NCBI GenBank assembly: GCA_026004395.1 | Contig: BPJB01000001.1 | Coordinates: forward strand, 161,370-225,369 | DNA: 64,000 nucleotides | Direction of reading: 5' to 3' | From: Patescibacteria group bacterium | GTDB lineage: Bacteria > Patescibacteriota > Microgenomatia > Levybacterales > UBA12049 | In this document: positions 46,626 through 56,616 of the stretch, one piece after another | How the letters are laid out: each line of letters begins with the position of its first letter | Numbering within the stretch: position 1 is the stretch's first letter | Notes under the pieces: generated by a model | What the model saw: only the letters and a program-made list of their open reading frames with translations | Database searches by the model: none | What the model was told of the DNA's origin: nothing | Made by a program: the position numbers and the translations under genes

Positions 46626-48911
46626 ATGGAAAAAACCTCTGTTTCTTTAGATTTTGCAGGAAAAACACTCACATTAGAGACTGGTCATCTAGCCCCGCAA
46701 GCAACCACATCAATACTAGCTCGTCTCGGTGATACAATGGTGCTTGTGACTGTGGTCTTGGGAGCAGAACGTGAGGATCTTGGATATTTTCCGCTCTCTG
46801 TTGAGTATGTAGAGAGACTTTATGCTGGAGGTAGAATTAAAGGTAGCCGTTGGGTTAAACGGGAAGGACGACCTTCAGATGAGTCTATATTAATTGGTAG
46901 ACTTATTGATCGTTCAATTAGACCCTTATTTCCCAAAGATCTAAAGCGCGAAATTCAAGTAGTTGTAACTGTACTTTCAGTTGATGGAGAAAACGAGCCA
47001 GATATTCTCGCAATTAATGCTGTATCTGCAGCTTTGGCTATCTCTAATATTCCATGGAACGGCCCCATAGGAGCGATTCGTATGGGCTACATCCAAGATC
47101 CAGAGAACGGAAAGAAAGAATTTCTCCTCAATCCGACAACAACAGAAGCAGAGTTCTCAGATTTAGATCTCGTGGTGTCTCAATCAAATGATCTTACTGT
47201 AATGATTGAGGCAGGCGCAAATCAAGTTCGGGAAGATGTTTTGCTAGAAGCTATCGAACGTGCACAGAATGAGACTCGAAAAGTAATTGCTTTTATCAAT
47301 GATTTGGCAAAAAAGGTAGGAAAACCAAAACTTGAAGTCCCAGTTGATAAAGAGCTCAAAGAACTTTCAGCTATTATCGAAAAATCGTATAAGGAAGAAA
47401 TTAAAAATTTGGTAACGAAACTTGCAAACAAAGAAACTGGAGGAACAGAAACAGAAGATTTAGTTGCAAAAATTTATGAACACGAAAGAATGGTAGATCC
47501 TAATCGTGAACTTGATACTACTCTTATTGCTAAGGCTTTGGAAGCGGTTTTATTTAAACAAATTAGACACGATGTTGTTTCCCAGCAAAAACGTCCTGAT
47601 GGAAGAAAAATTGATGAAATTCGACCCATCAACATAGCTGTTGGTATTCTACCTCGAACACATGGATCAGCACTTTTTCAAAGAGGGCTTACACAAGTTT
47701 TGACTGTCGTGACTCTTGGTTCTCCTCGTTTGGAACAATTTATTGAATCTGCAGAAGGAGAAGAGACTAAACGTTATATTCATCATTATTCCATGCCACC
47801 CTATTCAGTTGGAGAAGTGGGTAGAATGGGTACTCCCTCCAGACGAGAAATTGGACACGGTGCATTAGCAGAGCGTGCTTTGGAGGCTGTAATTCCTTCT
47901 CAAGATAAGTTTCCCTATACAATCCGTGTTGTATCTGAAGTTCTTTCATCTAATGGTTCGACTTCTATGGCGGCAACTTGTGGATCGACCCTTGCTTTAA
48001 TGGATGCGGGAGTGCCTATTGTAAAACCTGTTGCAGGTATCTCAATTGGTCGTATGTCTGAGGAGGATAAATCTGTTCTTTTGACGGATATTATTGGCCT
48101 TGAGGATTTTTCTGGAGATATGGATTTTAAAGTAGCAGGAACAGATGAGGGAATAACTGCAATTCAGCTCGATGTAAAGATACCGGGGTTAATTTTATCC
48201 GAGATCAAAGAGATCTTGGAGAGAGCGCGGATAGCACGACTGGCAATACTAGAGAAAATGCTTGCTACTATTCCCACCTCTCGTGCTGAGGTGTCAGTAT
48301 ACGCACCAAAGATTGAACAACTGCAGATTCCTATAGATAAGATTGGCGAACTTATCGGTCCGGGAGGACGAGTAATCAGAAATATTATTGCTCAAACAGG
48401 AACTACAGTTGATGTTGAAGATGATGGAACAGTCACTATCTCCGGTACAGAAGAAGAAGCAGTAAAAAGAGCTGTAGAGTGGATAAGAGGGTTGACACGA
48501 GAAGTTGTTCCAGGTGAGATTTTTGAAGGACCGGTTAAAAGAATTCTGCCTTTTGGAGCATTTGTTGAAATTTTGCCGGGAAAAGAAGGAATGGTTCATG
48601 TTTCAAAGATGGGTAAAGGGTATATCCAAAGTCCGGAAGAGGTACTTTCAGTTGGTCAAATTGTCAAAGTAAAGGTTAGCGAAATTGACGAGCAAGGGAG
48701 GATTAATCTTACCATGCAACTTGAAGAGCGACCTCGTGATTTTGAAGTAGGAAAAGCGGAAACTCGTGGACAAAAAAGTGAAAGAGGTGGATTTTCTCCT
48801 CGTTCTGAAAGACAGCGAAGTAAGCATCCACTTGCACAACAGTTTGAGCGGGAAAGGATGCTGCACGAGCTCTCTGGAAGACAAAAAACTCGCCGCAAAA
48901 CGCATTATTAA
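46626..48911 (+). CDS. pnp: Polyribonucleotide nucleotidyltransferase (PNPase)
   Basis: Two RNase PH domains, a KH domain (…IGELIGPGGRVIRNI…) and an S1 domain (…GEIFEGPVKRILPFGAFVEILPGKEGMVHVS…), plus a basic C-terminal tail. The start is adjacent to the rpsO stop. Confidence 0.92.
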   Translation: MEKTSVSLDFAGKTLTLETGHLAPQATTSILARLGDTMVLVTVVLGAEREDLGYFPLSVEYVERLYAGGRIKGSRWVKREGRPSDESILIGRLIDRSIRPLFPKDLKREIQVVVTVLSVDGENEPDILAINAVSAALAISNIPWNGPIGAIRMGYIQDPENGKKEFLLNPTTTEAEFSDLDLVVSQSNDLTVMIEAGANQVREDVLLEAIERAQNETRKVIAFINDLAKKVGKPKLEVPVDKELKELSAIIEKSYKEEIKNLVTKLANKETGGTETEDLVAKIYEHERMVDPNRELDTTLIAKALEAVLFKQIRHDVVSQQKRPDGRKIDEIRPINIAVGILPRTHGSALFQRGLTQVLTVVTLGSPRLEQFIESAEGEETKRYIHHYSMPPYSVGEVGRMGTPSRREIGHGALAERALEAVIPSQDKFPYTIRVVSEVLSSNGSTSMAATCGSTLALMDAGVPIVKPVAGISIGRMSEEDKSVLLTDIIGLEDFSGDMDFKVAGTDEGITAIQLDVKIPGLILSEIKEILERARIARLAILEKMLATIPTSRAEVSVYAPKIEQLQIPIDKIGELIGPGGRVIRNIIAQTGTTVDVEDDGTVTISGTEEEAVKRAVEWIRGLTREVVPGEIFEGPVKRILPFGAFVEILPGKEGMVHVSKMGKGYIQSPEEVLSVGQIVKVKVSEIDEQGRINLTMQLEERPRDFEVGKAETRGQKSERGGFSPRSERQRSKHPLAQQFERERMLHELSGRQKTRRKTHY

Positions 48912-48923
48912 ATTAATTTTATG

Positions 48924-48975
48924 CATACGATCTCTTTTGCTTTTGTGATATTTTTAGTATTATAAAGATCGTATG
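48924..48975 (+). promoter_or_regulatory. 10-bp perfect inverted repeat (CATACGATCT … AGATCGTATG, 32-nt loop) whose 3' arm contains the start codon of the Lon-like gene
   Basis: Left arm 48924-48933, right arm 48966-48975. The ATG of the downstream ORF is at 48973-48975, and the repeat sits in the pnp to Lon-like intergenic region. Confidence 0.4.
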
Positions 48976-50088
48976 GATCCTGCCTCTTTATCAACAGCAT
49001 CTTCACAGAAACCTATTCAAGAAAAAGCAGAGTCAATGGATCAGATTCGCAGATTAGGTGAGCGTGTTGAAAAGGCTAATCTCCCTGCTTTACTTAAAGA
49101 AAATCTTCTAGAACGTGTCTCACGTTTGGCTCTGATACGAGCAAGTTCGGGATTTATGAGTGCAAATTATATTCTCGAATATGAAAATACAGCTAACTAC
49201 ATTAATTGGGTGGTTGGATTGCCGTGGAATAATCAAAGTGAAGATATCCTAGATATGATAAAAGCAAAGCAGATTATGGATAAACATCATTATGGACTTG
49301 AAGAAATAAAAAATAGAATTTTGGATTATCTTGCTACTATAATTCTTAACTTAAAGCAAGGAAGAAAAGATATTATCCAGCGTGCGCCTATTCTTTGTCT
49401 CGTAGGCTTAGCAGGCACCGGTAAGACGACTCTCGCAGCATCAATAGCAGAGGCATTAAATAAAAAATTTGAACGTATTCCTTTTGGGGGGATGGCAGAC
49501 GCACGAGCTCTTCGTGGTCAATCCAAAGCTTTTCCAGATGCAGAGCCGGGGTATATTATCAAAAAACTTTTTCATGCACAAACAAAGAATCCAGTAATAC
49601 TTCTTGATGAGCTTGATAGAGTTACAGAATCGGCTCGAGCAGATATTATGGGAGTACTTGTAGAACTTCTTGATCCTGAGCAAAATTTCTCTTTTGTTGA
49701 TCACTATATTGACTATCCTTTTGATCTCTCGAATGTTTTTTTTATTGCAACCGCAAACAATACCAGTACTATTTCTACTGCTGTTCTTGATCGTTTGGAG
49801 ATTATTCAAATGCCTTCATATACAGATGAGGAAAAATTAATCATTGCTAAAAATTACCTTTTTGACAAAATAAGAACAACAGCAGGATTAACAGATCAAC
49901 AACTCAGCATTGATGAATCTGTTTGGCCTCAGGTGATAAGACCTTTGGGATTTGATTCTGGGATTCGTTCTCTTGAGAGAACAATTGAAAGTATATGCAG
50001 AAAAGTAGCGCGTCAAATTGTTGAAGGTAGAGTACAGAATGTTCGAATTACACAAGATAATCTCAAAGAGTATCTTGTTACGTGGTAG
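48973..50088 (+). CDS. Lon-derived AAA+ ATPase module without the N-terminal (LAN) domain and without the S16 protease domain
   Basis: …YINWVVGLPWNNQSED…KQIMDKHHYGLEEIKNRILDYLAT…ILCLVGLAGTGKTTLAASIAEALNKKFERIPFGGMADARALRGQSKAFPDAEPGYIIKKL…NPVILLDELDRV… is collinear with Lon residues about 300-580 (Walker A, Walker B, sensor/arginine finger). The ORF ends at …LKEYLVTW*, right where the Lon protease domain would begin, and the next gene (rnj) starts 86 nt later. Confidence 0.7.
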   Translation: MDPASLSTASSQKPIQEKAESMDQIRRLGERVEKANLPALLKENLLERVSRLALIRASSGFMSANYILEYENTANYINWVVGLPWNNQSEDILDMIKAKQIMDKHHYGLEEIKNRILDYLATIILNLKQGRKDIIQRAPILCLVGLAGTGKTTLAASIAEALNKKFERIPFGGMADARALRGQSKAFPDAEPGYIIKKLFHAQTKNPVILLDELDRVTESARADIMGVLVELLDPEQNFSFVDHYIDYPFDLSNVFFIATANNTSTISTAVLDRLEIIQMPSYTDEEKLIIAKNYLFDKIRTTAGLTDQQLSIDESVWPQVIRPLGFDSGIRSLERTIESICRKVARQIVEGRVQNVRITQDNLKEYLVTW

Positions 50089-50174
50089 TCTAATCTATGA
50101 TGCAAAGAAATAGGTTTTCTAAAATACAGTTCTATCCAATGATTTCGCTTATATTATCTACACTTTAAGCATTT

Positions 50175-51863
50175 ATGGACCAGCAAGAAAGATCACAGCC
50201 TCAAATGAAAAAGCCCTCTTTATCTCTTATTCCTCTTGGAGGAATGGAAGATATTACTAAGAATATGTATCTTTACGAATATCAAAATGAAATTCTCATA
50301 GTTGATTGCGGGATTGGTTTTGCTGATGCCTCAATGTTGGGTATAGATCTTCTTCTTCCGGATATCACCTACCTTTTACAGACAAAAAAGAAAATTGTCG
50401 GTCTTCTTTTAACTCACGGCCATGAAGATCACATTGGAGCTCTTCCTTTTATTCTACCTCAGCTTCCGAAAATTCCTGTTTTTGGAACGCCGTTTACAGC
50501 AGCTTTGGCAAACGAAAAGTTAAAAGAATTTAAACTCCCCGCCAATGTCAATACAGTCACATTTAATAGTCCTCCTCTGATACTAGGTAACTTCAAATGT
50601 TCTTTTCTTCGTGTAACGCATTCGGTTCCGGATACAGCGCATATCTTTATTCAAACACCTGCTGGAAACATGTACCACGGTAGTGATTACAAAATTGATT
50701 TAACGCCTCAGGATAGGCAATATATGGATTTTCAAAGTATAGTTGCTGTAGGTAATACAAAAATTCTTGGTCATCTTATTGATGCTTTAGGATCGGATCG
50801 TGCTGGGCATACCCCCTCAGATGAAAATTTAGGAAAAACGATTGAGGATATCCTGCTTGAATGCAAAGGCAAGGCAATTATTACAACCTATTCCTCTAAT
50901 GTTGCACGAATAAATCAGATAATACAGGCTGCCGAAAAACTCAAAAAAAAAGTATGTTTTATTGGTAGATCGATCATAAAAGTAGTTGAGGTAGCAACCC
51001 GGCTTGGTTATCTGAAATTTCATGAAGGTACAATTATTGAGTTTGAGAATCTTAAGAATTATCCAGTTAATCAAGTAGTTCTTGTAGTTGCGGGAAGTCA
51101 AGGACAGGAAAACTCAGCAATGACTAGAATTGCAGAAGGTGAGCATAAGGAGATTAAAATTTCATCAGGAGATGTTGTTATAATTTCAGCTGATCCTATA
51201 CCAGGAAATGAAGAATCAGTTAACAGTCTCGTTGATAGTATTTCTAAAACAGGCGCTCAAGTTATCACATCAGGGAATGGAAGGGTTCTGCACGTTTCAG
51301 GGCATGGATCTCAACAAGATCATCTTTTAATGATGTCTCTATTAAGAGCTAGATATATTATCCCCATTAGTGGTAACTATCGTCATTTGATTCTATTTAA
51401 AGATCTAGCACAAAAGTTGGGATATCGTGATAGAGATGTTATTATTCTTGAAAATGGTCAGGAGGTAATTTTTTCAGATGGAGGATATTCTTTTGGACGT
51501 CGAATTCCGACAAAAAATGTTTATGTAGATCAGATTTCAGGAGAAGAAGTAGAAGGCTTTGTTTTGCGGGATCGTGAGAAGTTAGCTAAGGATGGAATTA
51601 TTATCTTAATGGTTGAGATAAATGCTGCTGATGGACAGTTGGCAGAGACTCCAGATCTTATCATTCGCGGTATTTCACCTAAAGAGACACAAGTTATTAC
51701 ATCCGGTCTTGTGAAAGAGATAAGTAATCTTCTCGGCAGTCGAAAAGGGAGGGTCAAAAACTGGATACAACTTCGAAAAGATATAGAAGAAGTCACAAAT
51801 AAATTTATTTACAAAAAATTTAGACGTCGTCCTCTCGTGATACCCGTGATAATTGAAGTTTAG
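50175..51863 (+). CDS. rnj: Ribonuclease J (metallo-beta-lactamase / beta-CASP RNase)
   Basis: …LLTHGHEDHIGALPF… (HxHxDH), a beta-CASP region, and a C-terminal domain. Length 562 aa. Confidence 0.85.
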   Translation: MDQQERSQPQMKKPSLSLIPLGGMEDITKNMYLYEYQNEILIVDCGIGFADASMLGIDLLLPDITYLLQTKKKIVGLLLTHGHEDHIGALPFILPQLPKIPVFGTPFTAALANEKLKEFKLPANVNTVTFNSPPLILGNFKCSFLRVTHSVPDTAHIFIQTPAGNMYHGSDYKIDLTPQDRQYMDFQSIVAVGNTKILGHLIDALGSDRAGHTPSDENLGKTIEDILLECKGKAIITTYSSNVARINQIIQAAEKLKKKVCFIGRSIIKVVEVATRLGYLKFHEGTIIEFENLKNYPVNQVVLVVAGSQGQENSAMTRIAEGEHKEIKISSGDVVIISADPIPGNEESVNSLVDSISKTGAQVITSGNGRVLHVSGHGSQQDHLLMMSLLRARYIIPISGNYRHLILFKDLAQKLGYRDRDVIILENGQEVIFSDGGYSFGRRIPTKNVYVDQISGEEVEGFVLRDREKLAKDGIIILMVEINAADGQLAETPDLIIRGISPKETQVITSGLVKEISNLLGSRKGRVKNWIQLRKDIEEVTNKFIYKKFRRRPLVIPVIIEV

Positions 51864-52029
51864 TACTTATTTCTAAATAAAATTTTGCTAACAGTCTTAG
51901 AAGATGTTCGATCTTCTGTCAAAATCGGAATTTAAAAAAAATATACTTTTTATTTAATTAAAAAAATTTAATAATTGCCTAAAACAAAAAACTTTTGTAT
52001 TTTTGCAACAGAAAGGTATAATAGATCGT

Positions 52030-54168
52030 ATGAGGATTCGCAGGCGTAGCTCTTATCGAAGGAAAAGCTTCAAGTTAAAACTCAAAAAAAATACTGTTTA
52101 TAATCTTTTTGCTGTAGGTTTATTTTTAGCATCAGGTCTTCTATTCCTTTCATTTACTCGTAACGGGACATCGGCAATTCTAATTAACAATATTTTGCAA
52201 GAAAAATTCGGCCGAATAGCAATTTTTGTTCCTTTTGTTCCTTTCTTTTTTGCATTTTTCCTTTTACATCTGAAAATCTTTTTATCTAGAGCTCATGTAG
52301 CCTTTGGTTATTTGGTATTCTTTGTGTCTCTTTTAGGATTGACTAAGAGTGGAACTATTGGTAATGAAATGTTCGATATTCTTGAGGAGATCTTAACTAC
52401 TATTGGTGCGGACTTGGTACTCCTTTCCGGTATTATTGTAGGAAATATAGTGTTTTTCGATACATCGGTTGATGAAGTTTTCGAGTTTCTGGGAAAAATA
52501 AAAAATAATCTTCACAGACTTGTTCCTTTGAGTCTTTTTAATAAAACAAGAGTCAACACAAAGTTTCAAATTGACCGTAACAAACCGCTAATAATTAATG
52601 GAGGACAAAAAGATGAAATAATACAAATATCCCATAATACAGGACCTGCCGTGATAAATACAAGAGAGAAAGAAACAACAGATGATATTTTTTCAACCAA
52701 TATGGTAACTAATATACCCTCAGGCACTGGAAATGGAATTTGGGAATATCCTCCTATATCTCTGCTTGAGGATAGTTCCAATACGACTGCTGATCGCGGG
52801 GATGTAAAGAAAATAGCAGGAAAGATTGAAGATACATTACAAAACTTTGGTGTTAAAGCACGCGTTGTAGAAGTAAATCCAGGACCAGCAGTTACTCAAT
52901 ACGCTTTGGAACTTGCTTCTGGTACCAAGATATCAAAGATTACTTCTTTAGCTAATGATTTAGCTCTTGCAACTGAAGCACCAACAGGGCAAATTCGTAT
53001 TGAAGCTCCAATTCCGGGAAGAAATCTCGTAGGTATAGAGATTCCTAATAGATCATTGGAGGTAGTAACTCTGCGGACAATGCTTGCCTCTCCTATTATG
53101 CAGAAGAGTAAATCAAAACTTGCTGTTTCATTGGGTCTTGATGTATCTGGTAAACCTGTTATTGCTGATATTGGAAAAATGCCACATGTTCTTGTTGCAG
53201 GAACAACGGGTTCAGGTAAATCTGTTCTAGTTAATTCTTTTATTTGTTCACTTCTTTTTAGGGCATCTCCACAAGAAGTTAAGCTTATTCTAATAGATCC
53301 TAAGCGAGTGGAATTCACCGCCTACAATGGTATCCCGCATCTTCTAGTTCCGGTTATTGTTGATGTTGATAAGATTCTATCAGCGCTTAAATGGGCAGTA
53401 GAAGAAATGAAGAGAAGATACAAGCTTTTTGAGGAAAGAGGAGTGCGTAATCTTGAAGGTTATAATGAGCTTTCTGGTTTTCAGGCTCTTCCATATATAG
53501 TTATCATTATTGACGAGCTTGCAGACCTTATGATGTATGCTCCTGTTGAGGTCGAAGATAATATTGCACGACTTGCTCAAATGGCACGAGCTACAGGAAT
53601 ACATCTTGTGATTGCAACTCAACGTCCCTCTGTGAATGTCATTACGGGTTTGATTAAGGCTAATATTCCTTGTCGTATCGCGTTTAACGTATCATCCATG
53701 ATTGATTCGCGTGTCATAATTGATGCTCCGGGTGCTGAAAAACTTTTGGGGAGGGGAGATATGCTTTATGTACCACCAGATCAGGCAAAACCAACTCGTA
53801 TTCAAGGTGCCTTTGTATCAGAAAAAGAAGTAAAAAGACTAGTGGATTTCCTCAAATCCAATAATTATCCTGTAGAATACACAGAAGAAATTATTAACCA
53901 ACCTCTTAGGATAAAAGGTAAACCCGGATTAGGAAGCGAAGATGGTCGGGATCCATTATTTGAGGAAGCAGTACGTCTAATATGTCAATTCAATACAGCC
54001 TCTGCTTCCTTTTTGCAAAGAAAATTGCAGATTGGTTTCGCTCGTGCAGCTCGTCTTACAGATCAACTTGAGGAAGCTGGTATTATAGGTCCTAGTACGG
54101 GTTCAAAAGCAAGAGAGATTTTTATTGGAAAAGCACAGGAGTATCTCGCAAATCTTCAGCAACAATGA
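52030..54168 (+). CDS. ftsK: DNA translocase FtsK/SpoIIIE
   Basis: N-terminal TMs, a motor domain with …VLVAGTTGSGKSVLVNS… (Walker A) and …IVIIIDELADLMM… (Walker B), and a C-terminal winged-helix gamma domain (…ASASFLQRKLQIGFARAARLTDQLEEAGIIGP…). The ORF track starts at a TTG at 52003; I prefer the ATG at 52030 (MRIRRR…). Confidence 0.85.
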   Translation: MRIRRRSSYRRKSFKLKLKKNTVYNLFAVGLFLASGLLFLSFTRNGTSAILINNILQEKFGRIAIFVPFVPFFFAFFLLHLKIFLSRAHVAFGYLVFFVSLLGLTKSGTIGNEMFDILEEILTTIGADLVLLSGIIVGNIVFFDTSVDEVFEFLGKIKNNLHRLVPLSLFNKTRVNTKFQIDRNKPLIINGGQKDEIIQISHNTGPAVINTREKETTDDIFSTNMVTNIPSGTGNGIWEYPPISLLEDSSNTTADRGDVKKIAGKIEDTLQNFGVKARVVEVNPGPAVTQYALELASGTKISKITSLANDLALATEAPTGQIRIEAPIPGRNLVGIEIPNRSLEVVTLRTMLASPIMQKSKSKLAVSLGLDVSGKPVIADIGKMPHVLVAGTTGSGKSVLVNSFICSLLFRASPQEVKLILIDPKRVEFTAYNGIPHLLVPVIVDVDKILSALKWAVEEMKRRYKLFEERGVRNLEGYNELSGFQALPYIVIIIDELADLMMYAPVEVEDNIARLAQMARATGIHLVIATQRPSVNVITGLIKANIPCRIAFNVSSMIDSRVIIDAPGAEKLLGRGDMLYVPPDQAKPTRIQGAFVSEKEVKRLVDFLKSNNYPVEYTEEIINQPLRIKGKPGLGSEDGRDPLFEEAVRLICQFNTASASFLQRKLQIGFARAARLTDQLEEAGIIGPSTGSKAREIFIGKAQEYLANLQQQ

Positions 54169-54306
54169 GAACTCACAGTAGATAAATATTGAATATTAAT
54201 CAGTGCATTTTATTTTAGGTATTTGTTAATAAACGCAGATTGTACCTAGTGTAAGTTCAAAAATTTTAAAAACACTTGAGATTTGTTGATTTTTTATAAT
54301 TAATTT

Positions 54307-54945
54307 ATGATACGAGTTGGACAGAGATTAAAAGAAGCTCGTTTAGCAAAAGGATTAACACTTGAGGAAGTCTCTCAAGCAACAAAAATTCGTTCTTCAT
54401 TTTTAGCATCTATTGAGAAAGGAGAATATCATTCGTTACCATCAAGCTCATATGCTCAGGGATTTGTTAGAAATTATGCGGAGTTTTTGGGATTGCCGCA
54501 GCGTGAGATACTGGCGCTTTTCAAGCGAGAATATGATGAAGAAAAGTACTATAGTATTCTTCCTGAAGGATTTGTTGAGCAGGAAAAATTACCTCTTAAG
54601 AGGATAAAAATTCGTCAGGCTGCACTATTGATTCTTGGTATTTTGTTGTTGCTGGGCGGATTTCTCTTTTATCAATACCGTTCAGCTTTTTTTGACCCTC
54701 AACTTGTTGTGACTGAACCGAAAGAGCAATCACAAACACAGCAGGAGATTGTGGTCATCGGTCGGACCGACTCAAACGCAACAGTCTTCGTTAATAATCT
54801 GCCGGTAACAGTTAATCAAGATGGTTCTTTTATGAAAAAAATTACTGCATTTCCCGGAAGAAATACGATAACTATCAAATCTATAAACCGTTTTGGTCGA
54901 GAGACTACTGTTCAACGTACAGTTCATGTTAAGTCTAGTCCTTGA
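54307..54945 (+). CDS. rodZ: RodZ-like cytoskeleton protein (XRE-type HTH, single TM, C-terminal domain)
   Basis: MIRVGQRLKEARLAKGLTLEEVSQATKIRSSFLASIEKGEYHSLPSSSYAQGFVRNYAEFLGL is a RodZ-type HTH. It is followed by a TM (…LLILGILLLLGGFLFY…) and a periplasmic beta-rich tail. Confidence 0.55.
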   Translation: MIRVGQRLKEARLAKGLTLEEVSQATKIRSSFLASIEKGEYHSLPSSSYAQGFVRNYAEFLGLPQREILALFKREYDEEKYYSILPEGFVEQEKLPLKRIKIRQAALLILGILLLLGGFLFYQYRSAFFDPQLVVTEPKEQSQTQQEIVVIGRTDSNATVFVNNLPVTVNQDGSFMKKITAFPGRNTITIKSINRFGRETTVQRTVHVKSSP

Positions 54946-54978
54946 CCTTTCTTATAAAGTAGAGTAAGCTAGAAGAAA

Positions 54979-55281
54979 ATGATAGATACTGTCCAATTAG
55001 TTTTGTTTTTAGTTATCCTAATTCTGACTATTTTGCTTGTGATATTGGGTATCCAAGTTTATTTTATCCTCAAGGAGGTTAGACGCACGATTGAAAAAAC
55101 TAATAAAGTTCTTGATGATACAGGTATTATAACGGAAAGTATCTCAAAGCCCGTGTCTTCTTTATCATCTGTTGCCATGAGTCTTAAGGCAGGATCAATT
55201 CTTGCGCTGGCAAAACTAATCAAAAATCTTCTTAGCAAAGATAATAATGATGATAAAAAGAAAAATTCTCCTAAGGAGTAA
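54979..55281 (+). CDS. Small N-terminally anchored membrane protein (DUF948/YtxH-like, tentative)
   Basis: One N-terminal TM followed by a charged coiled-coil-like segment. Length 100 aa. Confidence 0.3.
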   Translation: MIDTVQLVLFLVILILTILLVILGIQVYFILKEVRRTIEKTNKVLDDTGIITESISKPVSSLSSVAMSLKAGSILALAKLIKNLLSKDNNDDKKKNSPKE

Positions 55282-55284
55282 GAA

Positions 55285-55641
55285 ATGGATAATAGACGCT
55301 CTGCAAACAATACTTTCAATATTTTTTTATTGGGGATTGTTATTGGAGTAGCCTTGACTTTACTTTTGACTACCAAAAATGGTAGAAAGCTTTTAAGACT
55401 TATTACGGAAGAGAGTCTTCAGCGCCTTTCAAAATGGGAAGACAGGCTTCTGTCAGTTGAAGATGAGAAGATAGATGATGAAGATGATTTTGCTCTGGGT
55501 GAAGATTATCAGTATGAAGGAAGAGATATTGATAGCAAGAAAGACGTGGAGGAGAAAAAACAAGAATCAAGCAATTCTACTATTAATGATCAAGTAAAAA
55601 CCCGTCGGTTTTTTAAAGGAATAAAAAAGAAAACATCCTAA
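55285..55641 (+). CDS. Small N-terminally anchored membrane protein with an acidic coiled-coil tail (YtxH-like, tentative)
   Basis: One TM (…IFLLGIVIGVALTLLL…) followed by an acidic/charged region. Its start is 4 nt after the previous stop. Confidence 0.3.
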   Translation: MDNRRSANNTFNIFLLGIVIGVALTLLLTTKNGRKLLRLITEESLQRLSKWEDRLLSVEDEKIDDEDDFALGEDYQYEGRDIDSKKDVEEKKQESSNSTINDQVKTRRFFKGIKKKTS

Positions 55642-55662
55642 CTGCAAGGAATTCCAAGGAAA

Positions 55663-56613
55663 TCAAAGCCCATATTTCTTAATATTTTCATTGTGTTCAG
55701 CATTGGTCCTAGCATAGCGATTAATACCATTTTTATCGGTAATATAGTACAAATAATCTGTGTCGGCTGGATTAGCAGCAGCTTGCAGAGCAGCAAGTCC
55801 TGGATTGGAAATAGGACCAGGAGGAAGTCCAGGATGTAAATAAGTATTATAAGGAGAGATAACTGCAGTATAATCTGCAACAGTTATAGGCGACCACCAT
55901 TTTCCATTTTGCTTGCCTTTAGCGTATTGAATTGTGGCATCAACTTGCAGTGCCATTCCAATAGCCAATCTATTATGTATTACAGATGATACTAGTGGTA
56001 GGTCTTGAGGATGTCTTGCTTCACGTTCAATTAATGAGGCAATAATGACTATTTTCTCCCGTGGAAGATCAGTATTTATGATATTAATAGATGCATATTT
56101 CTTGTCAAAGTTTTTTTCCATAATTGCGACAATATCCTCAACAGTTGCTTCTTTTGGTATAAGGTAAGTATCGGGGAAAAGATATCCTTCATGTTTAATC
56201 AGAACTTCTCTCCATGAGGGATTATATTTGGGTAGATGTTGTTCAAGAATCTCTGCGATTTCTTCAGCACGTTTTCCCTCAGGAATTGTTATCCAAATAT
56301 CAAGTGGATTTTGTGTCAAAGTTTTTGCAATTTGAAGAGGCGTCATTGATTGGGATAATTTGAAGTCACCTGATTGTATTTTTCTATCAAGATTTTCTTT
56401 TTTAACTAGAAGTAGGAAAATCAATTCACTTCTGAGAAGATTTTGATCTTTTAGTTTTCTTGCAATTGTTTTTACGCTACTTCCCGGTTGAACTACAAAA
56501 ATAATCTCTTTCTTATTATTAGGGTTTATGGCTTTTGTTCCATTTGTCCACCAAAGAAGTCCCACAATAATTAAAATAAAAGCAATAATTGCTACAAAAC
56601 GTACAAATTTCAT
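55663..56613 (-). CDS. mltG: Endolytic murein transglycosylase MltG (YceG family)
   Basis: N-terminal TM, then …IIFVVQPGSSVKTIARKLKDQNLL…, …GYLFPDTYLIPKEATVEDIV… and …TIASLIEREARHPQD… are YceG signatures. Confidence 0.8.
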   Translation of the reverse strand: MKFVRFVAIIAFILIIVGLLWWTNGTKAINPNNKKEIIFVVQPGSSVKTIARKLKDQNLLRSELIFLLLVKKENLDRKIQSGDFKLSQSMTPLQIAKTLTQNPLDIWITIPEGKRAEEIAEILEQHLPKYNPSWREVLIKHEGYLFPDTYLIPKEATVEDIVAIMEKNFDKKYASINIINTDLPREKIVIIASLIEREARHPQDLPLVSSVIHNRLAIGMALQVDATIQYAKGKQNGKWWSPITVADYTAVISPYNTYLHPGLPPGPISNPGLAALQAAANPADTDYLYYITDKNGINRYARTNAEHNENIKKYGL

Positions 56614-56616
56614 AAA

